A stretch of 64,000 nt of DNA from Hormiphora californensis (lineage: Eukaryota > Animalia > Ctenophora), in NCBI GenBank assembly GCA_020137815.1, contig CM035354.1, positions 3,472,001-3,536,000 of the forward strand. Direction: 5' to 3'. A program made the translations under genes and the position numbers. The notes under the pieces are model-generated. The model saw nothing but the letters and a program-made list of their open reading frames with translations. It had not been told where the DNA came from and searched no databases. Below are positions 1 to 11,160 of this stretch, piece after piece; position 1 is the first letter of the stretch; each line of letters starts with the position of its first letter.

Positions 1-28
1 ACTTGTATTGTCCATGAATGGCCATTTA

Positions 29-416
29 GGGTCACCACACACCAAAGTTAAAATTAAAATTAAAATTTGACGTTTTTGGTCATAACTCTGCCATTTCTTG
101 GCAAAATTGCCTCATTTTGGGCTTGTTGGAAAGAGGGCATCGAGCCCGTTCTGAACAGCTCAAGAAACTTGAAATCTGCGCAAAGTGCGCGGCGTTACAG
201 TGCAAAATGTGTGCGTTAAAATTTTAAAATTTTAACGCACGCATTATGCGCCTTAACGCCGCGCACTCTGCACTGATTTTAAGTTTCTAGAGCTGTTCAG
301 AACGGGCTCGATGCCCTCTTTCAAATGAGCCCAAAAAGAAGCAATTTTGCCAAGAAATGGCAGAGTTATGACCGAAAACGTCAAATTTTAATTTTAACTT
401 TGGTGTGTGGTGACCC
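29..416. mobile_element. Non-autonomous foldback MITE, PIF/Harbinger (Tourist)-like
   Basis: GGGTCACCACACACCAAAGTTAAAA at 29 and its reverse complement ending at 416; nearly the whole 388 bp is an imperfect palindrome; flanked by TTA (26-28 and 417-419). 3-bp TWA TSD with GGG...CCC termini is typical of PIF/Harbinger. Confidence 0.85.
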
Positions 417-953
417 TTACTGTTTTTGGTCACACGAATTTTCAAAAGCTTTATCTAAGATAACTGAAATAATAAATAGTTACTCAATTTACAATTACAA
501 AAAGGGGCCAGCAAATTCATAGGTACTTCATACGACCATACGTCGCGTGAGCTTGTTCATGCTGAGACCAATATATCACTTCAGTCACTTAATATCTCAT
601 GTCACACTTTAGAGTCAGTCAATTGTGTACTGAAGTTGACCCAATCTTCAAAAATAATCTGCTCAAAAACTCTACGCTCGAAAACAAATTTGCGAGAAAA
701 TGTTTTTGGTACTAAAAAATGGTTTGGAGGTTTCTCATAAAATACGTGGTCAACCCTCACCTAAAACAAATACACACTGACACATCATGATCATCTGATA
801 ACTATTTATTCTCATTCGGTTTGGTACTTTTATGTTCGAAGATTCCTCACAAAAAACACAGTGGTATAATATCTCACATACAGGAACCCGTGAAAAAAGC
901 AACAATATATTTCTCGCTACTATAACAATACAATCACACTCTTCTGTCTAACT

Positions 954-3900
954 CTAAGAAGGGAAGTTAAAATTAAACGTGCAATTAACGAATCGGGCCG
1001 AGCCTTGTTTCAGCACACACATAATGTCTCTGATCTCTGTGTGCACGATACCTCCACTACTGTTCTCGATGGTCCGACTGACAAAGTCCGTGTATTCCAT
1101 CCTCTCCTGTTTCTGGGAACTGTCACTACCGCTTGTAATGTTGATAGTACAATCCTAGGAGAGAGAGGAGGGGGGTTAGAAATAAGAAAGATGTCAGGAA
1201 GGGGTTGGAAAGGGAGGGGTTAGGAAGATGGGGACTCAAAATTAACTTCAGAATAGCCGGGACTGAGTATGATTATTATCATGTATCTACTCGGTTTCGT
1301 CTAACTTCTAATTAGATACAGTCGAGAGATCAAAGATTTATTGTCACTATAGGAAGCAGCAATTAATTAGATTGGCCCAAGATTCAAGAAGGAAACCCTA
1401 AATTCCAGACATCATGAAACCCAAAACGTCGCGACTAATTTTGGCGCCAACTTCTCTCCCGATTTATTAACACATTGTAATTGGCTCCAGGTCTAATTTG
1501 TAAGAAGTCATGGTAATGCTGGGCAGTTGGTGGCTGTCCTTTGATCTTACAGCTCGCCCCAGAAACCCCCCAATATTCCCATTTCCCAGAATTGAGAAGC
1601 CAACTATCGGTTCCAGCAGAAGGCATACCGCCCTGACACCGGATGCCAGGCCTAGATTCTAGACTGGTGTGTAAACGTGTAGCCCGACCTAAACCTAAAT
1701 CCCAGGATACAATTAATAAAATTCAACCGCCTTCAAAAAATACTCCATACCTGGATGACACTATCATCAGCATTATCGGCAGGTTGAACTGAGGAGGAAT
1801 CAGGAAGTACTTGGTAATCCATTTTAGCCTGTTCTACACTTCTCACTGGGCCACCAGACCCTGTAAAAACGTGGTGTGAGTAAGGGGTTACTCAACAAGT
1901 ATGGGGTGAGTGAATAAAACAAGACAACATTTAGTTGTTCATAACCATAAATCATTTTCATCACGTGGAGATCATGATGCTATTGACACAGTGACACACT
2001 GCACGTTGCATTATGGTGCAGGTGACTACTGGTTTCGTCATGTCTACAATACGCCCCTAATTTCCCCCTACCTTGTACTGGCTCGTGCATTACGTCAGCA
2101 CTATTTCCAGCGGAGCTGGGTGACGAAGCCACTCCTCCTCCTGGTGATATATTAGCAGGGGAGACAGCCCCACCCCCAGGGGAGACAGTTGGGGAGGATA
2201 TAACTGGGGGAACTGACCCAAATCTCATGTTGGGTGAACTTGTGATGGGCAGGTTGACAGGGAAGGCAGCTTGTTGAGGGGAGGTCTGCTGTTGTTGGGG
2301 AGACTGGATCACGACGTTGGGGATGAGGGTAGGACGGGATGAGGGAGGGGAGGCTATGATGGGTTGAGGCTATCATGAACTGAGGGACTGTTGTTAGATT
2401 CAGTCTTGATGAAGGATAGTCCCGGGATACAGGGTCCCTGGATAGGACTGCTGTGGAGGAGTCCTGCTGAGGTTGGGGGAGGGATGGCGAATAGTTGGGA
2501 GGATGCAGTGGAAACTGGCTGTTGTATCAACTGGGCACCCTGCTGGGGAGGAATGTTGGGGTTAGTTAGGGGTACTAATCATTAATTAATCATTAATTAG
2601 TTAGGGGTACTAATCACTTAATTATTGGGTTAATTAAGGGGTACTAATCACTGTGTTTTAGGTATTCATTAGTCCAATCGTGTAGATCTAATAGTATTTA
2701 TACCTGTTGCAGATTGGCTAGTGATGTAGCCACCGCGGCTAAGTTTAGTTCAGGTGACCCAGTCAGGCTATTTGACAAAGTACTGGCGAGGTTTTGCAAC
2801 AGAGTATCGTTTAGCTTGGCAGTGTCCACTGTTGATTTGTTTGATCGAACCATGGTGGGCGGATAACCCCTGGGGGAAAGAAAGCTGGGATTAATTCTCA
2901 GGATAGTGTTTCTTTTGCTCTGAGTATAGAACTTGGCACGCGGTTGGTTCTAACGCTTCTATTGCTCTCTGAGAAGAGCTTGGTACGCGGTTGTACCAAT
3001 CAGAGAGAGAGATAGAAGGAACACACGCTCATACCTATCTCCATAGTATTGTGCGAGTATACTAGCGTCAGCACTTGACAAGTAGTCGGCACTCTCCTGA
3101 TCCAGACCCTGTTCTCCCCTCCTCAATGGTTGGAGAACAGCAGGGGGAGCTGCTATGCGCTCAATCTTTCCCGTTTTCATTTCCACTTTGTAATTTGGGT
3201 TGTTCTCTGATCCTCCCATTCCCATGGTGCGGGCTGCATTGGCCATCTGTAAAAGAGAGATAGTAGAATTGAGGTTATAATGGTAAATTTTAAATCACTA
3301 GTTGAACCCAAGTCAGGGTACCCCTCCCTACTACTTGTTCCCATTGGAAGGGGTGCCTAACTTGCTAACCCAATAACTTGTAACCCTGACAAGCCACTTT
3401 ACATAGTCCTCGCATAATTTCCCCTCCAATACCCATTTTTCGCAACTTTTCAAATTCCCTCTAAACCTATCACAACTAATATCATTCACTCCAAACTAAC
3501 CTGTCTCACGATAGACCCCAGGGTCGCCTCACTCAGCCTGACAGGTCTATACCACACATCAGCATCTGTAGTAAAGTTAGACAGAGCCAAGAACAATGGT
3601 CCGAGTCCTCTCATGTGCTTTGGTCGGTGTCGGAGGAATTCCCGGAAGAGAAATACAGCACATCTTTCACCTTCAGAGGGAGTTGAAACCATAGCTTTAA
3701 CGTTCTCTGTTCCTCCCGCGCTGGGTTTAGTGCACATGACATGGAATATACCAGCCTCTACTTCCCTTGTCTGTAGGAGGGGTATCGGAATTAGGGAAAC
3801 CATTTTGGAGAAAAAAGCTGTGTCAGGTTAAAAAACACTCCTAAACTTTTTAGTAGACACTCCTAAACACTCCTAAACACTCCTATCTCTAAACACACCA

Positions 3901-5614
3901 CTCCGAATCACTACATAACATGATGTAACAGTGAGTGTTACTGAGTGTCACAAACCTCGAAGTCCTCAACTCTCAGCATGTACAAATCCTTCCTTCCCTT
4001 GATTCCCATTCTCTTGACCAGGTTCAACAGGTTTACATTTAGTAGGGCCAGTGCAGTTAGATGCCCCAGTTGCCCACTCTTCCATAGTAGGTCCTCCTCT
4101 TTCGCGTTGATATTGATCTGGAGGAGATCACAGGGGTCGTCAGTATCTCGATATTGAAGCGGTGTTTTATTTATGAGCGGATTGTGCCTTTGAGAAAAAA
4201 GTATCCGGGTATCCTAATTTTGATTTAATAAATCCCACGAATAATTTGATGTTTAATCGGTATCTCCCTACTTGGAACTCAGTGTGCAAACTAACAGTGA
4301 GGCACTTCCAGGTACCAGGATCTTCCTGATCTATTTTGAACCATCAGTGAATATTGAATGCAAACGGATGTTCACAGTATTAATTCTAAGAATTATATGG
4401 AGGGAGATATGAGATACCAAGATGATGAATTGAATGAGTGGGGTCGGTTGATCATATGTTATTTGTTTAAGAATGAACTAATTTGGTACTCCATCATCGA
4501 GTCTTCTTGGTGTCTTATATCTTCTTGGTACTGGACATGGCCCCATGCATCATGGGGCCAGTGGAATAAGAACTGGGGATGGAAAAGAAAACCAGGAAAA
4601 GATAAAGCTCGAGAGATGGTTTGAGAAGAAAGATAGAGAAAGAGAGGGTGAGGGGGAGTGAGAGAGAGAGGGAGAGAGAGAGAGAGAAATGAAAGAGAAT
4701 ATAGAGAGAAAATTACAGGGTGGGGTGAGGGGGATATTTGAGGCGAGGTTCAGGGGTGATCGCACCCAGTATCTCTCCTTTAAAAACATCCGGGTTGAGA
4801 GAGCGATGGAGAATGGAATAAAGGGGAAGAATGGGAGAAAAGAAACTGGGAATTACTACAAAAACATGAAGAAGAATGGAGGTGTGGCCTACAACGGAGC
4901 AGGGGAATATGATAGAGTTGGACATGCAGAACCAGATAATACATATAATCTTTGATTGACCTTCATTAATGAATAGTTATCGAACATAATAGCACTAAAA
5001 ACCAACCGATTATCATTGGAATGCCATTGGAAATTGAAGAAGGAATGAAATATGACAACAAAATCCCTTTGGAACACTTGTTAGCTCCATACTCCCCATG
5101 AAACACCAAAAGTACCTGGACAAGCTGTTGTTTTCTATTTCCCCTGAGCATGAGAGCCCTCATCCTTTGCTTTAGAACCAAGTTGCTCTCTCTAAATGTG
5201 GGATCCCTCTTCAGAGATACCTCTCCTATCGTGTTCTCTTGCAGATACCGCTCTATACTCTTCCTCATTAATCGGAGACACTCTGCTTCATAGGGCTCAC
5301 CCGATACCTGAGGGGGTAAAATGGGGTTAATGGGGTTTAATGGGGCTTAAACTATAGAAAGTAGAGAACCAGGGAAGGATCAAAACTGATCAAAGAAGAT
5401 ATCAGCTGTAGTCATTGGTTATTACCTTGCAGATTTCTGCATAGAATCTACAGAGTAGTTTGTTGAGTTGAGGGAATGAAACAGTTTCTAGGGGTCTTGT
5501 CTCCCCATTTTTAGCGGCCCACTGCCTCCAAACGTTCACACCCCAGTTAGTTTTCTTGGTGGTGGACGTGATTGCTTCTCCTGTGTATGCCATTCTCTCC
5601 GTGCTCATTACCAT
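954..5614 (-). CDS. Multi-exon DUF3504 (Crypton tyrosine-recombinase-derived; ZMYM/QRICH1/KIAA1958-like) protein
   Basis: GT-AG exons read by hand: 5614-5426, 5307-5116, 4117-3956, 3770-3501, 3246-3035, 2869-2704, ~2542-2072 (internal junction or indel uncertain), 1860-1751, 1154-954. Motifs TKKTNWGVNVWRQW, LNKLLCRFYAEI, GEPYEAECL..SIERYL, EEDLLWKSGQLG..LALLN, CAVFLFREFLRHRP..LFL..VWY, and C-terminal FVNCTFNFN* match the DUF3504/Crypton layout. Confidence 0.8.
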
Positions 5615-6406
5615 TCACAGTTGAGCTGGAAACAGTGATCGGTTAGTTAGTTTTTGGGTAGCAGCTGGGTATGATTAGTTAGTTTTGGGGTAGCAGGGTT
5701 TGCTGGTTCGTTTTGGGGTGTGAGGAAATTTTACTAAACCGTCTCGAGACTTTTATATGGATAGAAATATTCAGGAATATATTTCCAACTACCAAGAAAT
5801 GAAAATGCAAGAAAAGGTAGCTCTATGATTAACTAAAACTATAGATCTAGGACCAAATACTGTATTCAAGTTTCATAACTAACGACAAGAAAAGAGAGAT
5901 CGAGAAACTGGCTAAGAAGTGATCAACAAGAAGAAAGCGAAAGGGATACGTGCAGTGGTTAAGAAGTAAACTTGTTCCTAGAAGCCGGTGGTCTGTTGCT
6001 GCAGTAGTGCTCTCTATTAGAGAGAGGAGAGTCTATGTTCAGTTTTCAACAGGATGACGTATAGTGGATTTTTGTAACAAAATGGAACAGAACCCTATTC
6101 TTAAAAATACCAATTATGGATTTTTGCCTAACCACCGTTCTTAGTTGAACGTCGGTCGGCGTTTTTAGGATTCGCTCTTTTGACAAATAATGGGGGGTAT
6201 AATATTGAGGAACGGAGCAGTTCCTCAGATTTCAGAACAGAATGCATGGCATTTTATAATTCTACAATGATGCAATGACATAAAAGCATTGCGAGACAGA
6301 GAGTGGGATAGAGAATGGATGATAGCAGTGCAAGAAAAACAGACGCTATCATCATCATTGCAAAAGCTGTGATTCGTAAACGTCCCAAATCTAAACAACC
6401 GACCTT

Positions 6407-6437
<31 letters not shown>

Positions 6438-6842
6438 TTCTCTCTCTCTCTATCTCTCTCTCTCTCTCACTCTCTCTGTCCTTGTTCCTCGCGAGAAGCG
6501 GCAAACGCGAGACGTGGTACTGATCTAGGAATAGCGTGCGAGGAAAAACAAGCAACCCATGGTGAGGGAGAGAGAGAGGAGGATAGAGAAGGAAAGTCAG
6601 ATAGAGAGAGAAAGAAAGCTGTTGTTTTAGCAGAAAAACTGTAGCCCGATCACGTGGGCACGTGGTATGAATGTGAGTGGCAAGATTGGTGCTGCTGGTG
6701 CGCCTTCCTGTGTGAACGAGAGACCTTTGCCGTGTTTTCATTATACCACATCTAACCGAGCAATCTTCTTCTTCTTCTTTGTGAATTTTATCTCTCCCTC
6801 TCTCACTCTCTCTCTCTCTCTCACCCGGCTCCCCCCTCGCTC

Positions 6843-6916
<74 letters not shown>

Positions 6917-7224
6917 TCTCTTTTCCAAACTAGTTAAGACGTGGGACTGACGAGTGTTGAACAAGCAGAAACTGCTAAGAACAAATTCTCGAGAATGAAC
7001 GCATGGCCGATACAGGATGCACGCTCAGGTATGGGTGGATTCAAAGTAATCCCCATCCAAAAAAGGAAGACCAAGACTAGGAGCACATAAAAGAAGCTCG
7101 AGCGTTCAGAAACAAGAGTGGACAGACACAAGCAGAGAGTTCGAGAAAGGTGGAGAAAGATGAGGGAAAGATAAAATGAGGGAGACAAAGATAGAGAACG
7201 AGAGAGTGATACACACACCGAGAA

Positions 7225-7333
<109 letters not shown>

Positions 7334-8175
7334 CAGAGAGAGAGAGACAGATAGAGTGAGAGAGAGAGGGGGTTGAGAGTACATAGATGGACAAGGAACG
7401 AGAGAGAGATTGAGGACAGGGAACGATGATCATTTAATGGTCTTGTCCTCCAAGACAGACAAGCATTCTCTAACAGGTGAGGGCAAAAAAAGATCTGGAC
7501 GTACAAACTTAACAAACTTGTTTTCAATTTTGGTACAATCATTTGGATGGAAGGAGTAATACCCCTCGTCCCTCATCACTCATTGCTCAAGACAGCCTAT
7601 CCCAAACTGGGGGATCGGATATGGATCATACTAACTTCTACTGATAAATTCAGAACTCGATGGATAATTCCTGGAGGGGCCGCACTTGTACAACAGAATA
7701 AAACCAGAACAGCCGACACTTTCCAATACTACGCAGTCTGGCTTTTTCATTCGACCTTCGGGATCGTGTAAGCCCACACCGGGACTTCGGCCTGGTGAGA
7801 GAGCCGACAGACAATGTCAAACAACACGTGCTGTTACATGCTATTCTAGAGAAGAAGGAAACTCGAAGTAAAAAGGTGGAATAAAAAAGAAAGGAACTGA
7901 AAGGAAATAAAAAAGTAGAAATAAAAGAACATCTCAACAAAAGAAAGAGGAGGGAATAAAGGGGGGGGGGGAAGGAGTTGGTTGGCTGTGAAAAAAGAGC
8001 TGAGGCCGGTAGAACCCTGCAAGATGAGATATATGACAGCACCCAAAAATCAAAGTAGGAAAGTCTTCTGACAGCTCTGTGTAACAGAGATCGTGATGTG
8101 CGGTCATTACAGTGCGATTGCGGAAAACCAGGAGTCGGGGGGACGGGATTCAGAAACCCCCGCGACCCAGTGTCT

Positions 8176-8220
8176 CACGTGACAGCCCACGTGACATATC
8201 ACGTGACCATGGCAACCAAT
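8176..8220. promoter_or_regulatory. Cluster of three E-boxes, an RFX X-box-like site and a CCAAT box
   Basis: CACGTG at 8176, 8188 and 8200 (12-bp spacing), GTGACCATGGCAAC at 8203-8216, CCAAT at 8216-8220. Confidence 0.45.
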
Positions 8221-9143
8221 GGAGAGGGTGTTCAATTAGGTGGAGAGAAACCCAACTGAGGGGGTTGCAGCTGTGAGCTTCCGTGACTGTCTGTGAAACG
8301 AGTCCCATTCTTTTCTTGACCCCCTTTCAAACGAGAAACTCTCTAGTACAAGTGAGGTGTTAGGGGGACTGAAAATGAACGATTTCCTTAGTTCCCGAAA
8401 CGTTTTTGACAAAATCAAATGCGCCCAAAGGGGGATCATACTTGGCTGAAATTGAGAATGGATACAATTCAGCATCACATATCTAAGTAGAAAAGGGAAG
8501 GAGAGCTGCACTTCTCAAAGATCTTTTCAGAACAGTTGAGTTCTGCGTGGCACCTTGGAAAAAGAGAAGGCCTGTAGAAAGAAGTGGCCAATGAGATAGA
8601 CCTCACCAGATTCAATCCGGGAAATGGTGCACTGATCTAGAGCGGGAAATTAAACGTACTTTATAATGGAACAGGGGGGTGAGAAAAAGAGAGATACTGA
8701 TATAAAGAATGGGAGAGAGGACCGAGTGAGAGCTGAAACAAAACGAGTGAGAAACGAGTGGGCCTGATGGTGAACTAATACGATTAAAGACACGCACTTC
8801 GAGGGGATCATAACCCCAGTAAGAAGATAGAAAAGAGAGAACGATAGAGAAAGATAGTGAAGTTTAATTCGTTTTCCAGACACAGCAACCCGTCAATTTA
8901 GCCCCCTTTCCGTGTCTCGGTGCATTTCCCGACCACCCGCTAGAGCTGCCATAACTTGGGAGAATGAGAGAGTGGGAGAGAAAGAGAAAGAGTGTGAGAG
9001 AGAGAGAGAGAGAGAAAGTTGAAAGAAAGAGACAGGAAAGGCTCGGACTGAGGGAACGAACATTCTCATCGCTCTCTCACTCCCTCAGTCCTTCTATTCT
9101 TCCAATCTATTCTTCACATTCTCCATTCATTTTCTCTTCGCCT

Positions 9144-9146
<3 letters not shown>

Positions 9147-9221
<75 letters not shown>

Positions 9222-9232
9222 TCTCCCTCTCC

Positions 9233-9317
<85 letters not shown>
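9147..9317. repeat. (TC)n microsatellite
   Basis: Long, mostly pure TC tract. Confidence 0.95.
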
Positions 9318-9321
<4 letters not shown>

Positions 9322-9984
9322 TGGGTTGTCTCTAGACGAACGCGGAACTACGTCACCTCAAGTTTACGAACTTACACAAAGTGAACTGTCCACTACTCGG
9401 GAGCCGAGTTTCTGTGCTAATTGAGGGAGCCATTCCTTTCTCTAGCCCCCACTCTGTCATCAGGGGGTCTAAAGAGGTCCGGACACCATTAATCACGGTC
9501 AGAGAGAGAGGGGGAGAGAGGGAGGGAGGGAGGTAGAGAGGGAATGGAGAGAGAATGAGAGGGGGAGAGAGAACGGATGGCTCCTGCTGACATTTGCGTT
9601 TAAATCGGGGTTCATAGGAGCGATAGGAGCTCCTATTATAATTCCTAGGAACCCTGATTTAAACGGAAATAATAGTTCTGTCGGCAGAATCTGCCAAATT
9701 GTCACCCACGTGTCACTACAAAACAGGAACTGCAGGCGAAACAATAAGTTTAGTACACCATGTGAACAACATAAAGCGAAATTGGTAATTGAAAAAGAAA
9801 AGAATCATCAAACTGTGAAGAACATGAATTAACATTGGAGAGAATCAGAAAGATATAGCTAGCCAAAGACAGTCGGGCGGAGTTGAAGAATCTAACTGAA
9901 GATGAAAAGAGAATTGGATAGCCGAAAATGAAGATGCTGCAGCGGGCGAAAGCAAGACGGATAAAGAAAAAAGATTGTGTATAC

Positions 9985-10035
<51 letters not shown>

Positions 10036-10437
10036 TAGCGATAGAGAGAGACCTCTCTAGTGATTGGATTAGTTTGGAGGTATGGTCACGTGTCAAGCTC
10101 AGCAAGCATTCCCGTTCTGACTAAGCTACCGAGAGAGAGACAGTGAACAGCAGAGATCGGGCGGGGTTTATCAGGGGAGATCTCCCCCAACTCCTAATCT
10201 GGAAAAGTAATAAATATAGGAGGTGAGGGCTTCACGTCTTCGCGGCGAGGGAGAGCACTCTTAGCCAACTGCTTGCTTCCAATCGACAAAAGAGAGGGAG
10301 AGAGTGAGAGAGTGAGAGAGTATGTGGGTTGGTTGCGGGGACAGAAATCGAGAATTTGCATCCAATATTGTGATTGCTTTTTGGGGAAGGGGGTCCTGTA
10401 TTTAGGTCCGTGTGCGTCTAAGAATATGTGTGTGTGT

Positions 10438-10516
10438 CACGTGATCGACACCCCATTGGTTCCCTTCGTGTCACGTGACCTTGATTAATGAAGGGACAGG
10501 GGCGGTTAATCACGTG
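10438..10516. promoter_or_regulatory. E-box/CCAAT/GC-box cluster
   Basis: CACGTG at 10438, 10472 and 10511; ATTGG at 10455; GGGGCGG at 10499. Confidence 0.4.
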
Positions 10517-10821
10517 ACTCTTGGAAAAGCCGAGTTCCCAGCAGGATCGGGGGTGAAGGGAGCATCAGGGCCGGCTGTATATACGAGATCTGGGGCCGGC
10601 AGGACTAAATAGTTGCGGTATATCCATTGTAGCTCTAGAGCTACTCTAAAAAAGCGATCTGTGGGATTAATAGTGGTGTGGGAAACCGCGGGGGAGAACT
10701 TATTAAAATATCAGGGGTGGGACGTAATAAAATGATTAGTTGCGGGGGAGTATGGTTTTGTTTAGAAATTGGAACCCAACTAATAACCATTAGTTTCTGT
10801 CAGAGCTCATTGTCCTGACAG

Positions 10822-10916
10822 CAGGAACCGACCGAAACAAGTAAACAACCAATCAGAACTCGTTATTTAGGTCACGTGACTGGTTATCAGCCAATCAGGG
10901 ACCAGTATTTCCTGAT
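10822..10916. mobile_element. Copy of the CAGGAACCGACCGA short hAT-like MITE lacking its right TIR
   Basis: Nearly identical to 25322-25430 over ~95 bp but lacks the terminal TCGGTCGGTTCCTG; flanked by a ~26-bp imperfect direct repeat (TTCTGTCAGAGC..CCTGACAG). Confidence 0.8.
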
Positions 10917-11160
10917 TCTGTCAGAGCATTGGCCTGACAGATTAGTTGTGGATTCCTATTTCCAAACAAAAACTCGGTCCTAGTTTCAAGAAATGAATGA
11001 GACTCTCTCAGAGTGAATGAATGAGAGAGAACAGTGGCAACCCAAAGGGTGACTCATAATATTTCTACCCTAGTATGTATTGGAAAAGGGATAGTCCTGA
11101 GATTCTGTGTCACTTGAATTCTGTGTCACTTGAATCTCACTGGGAAAAAGGATAGTCCTG

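Noticed and set aside
1435-1626. 63-aa ORF inside the last DUF3504 intron
   Set aside because: No recognisable homology, and the nearest acceptor gives an early stop in the gene's phase.
6946-6975. CTGACGAG...GAAAC resembling a hammerhead ribozyme core
   Set aside because: Stem II lacks the closing G-C pair next to GAAA, and no stem I/III partner with an NUH cleavage triplet can be formed.
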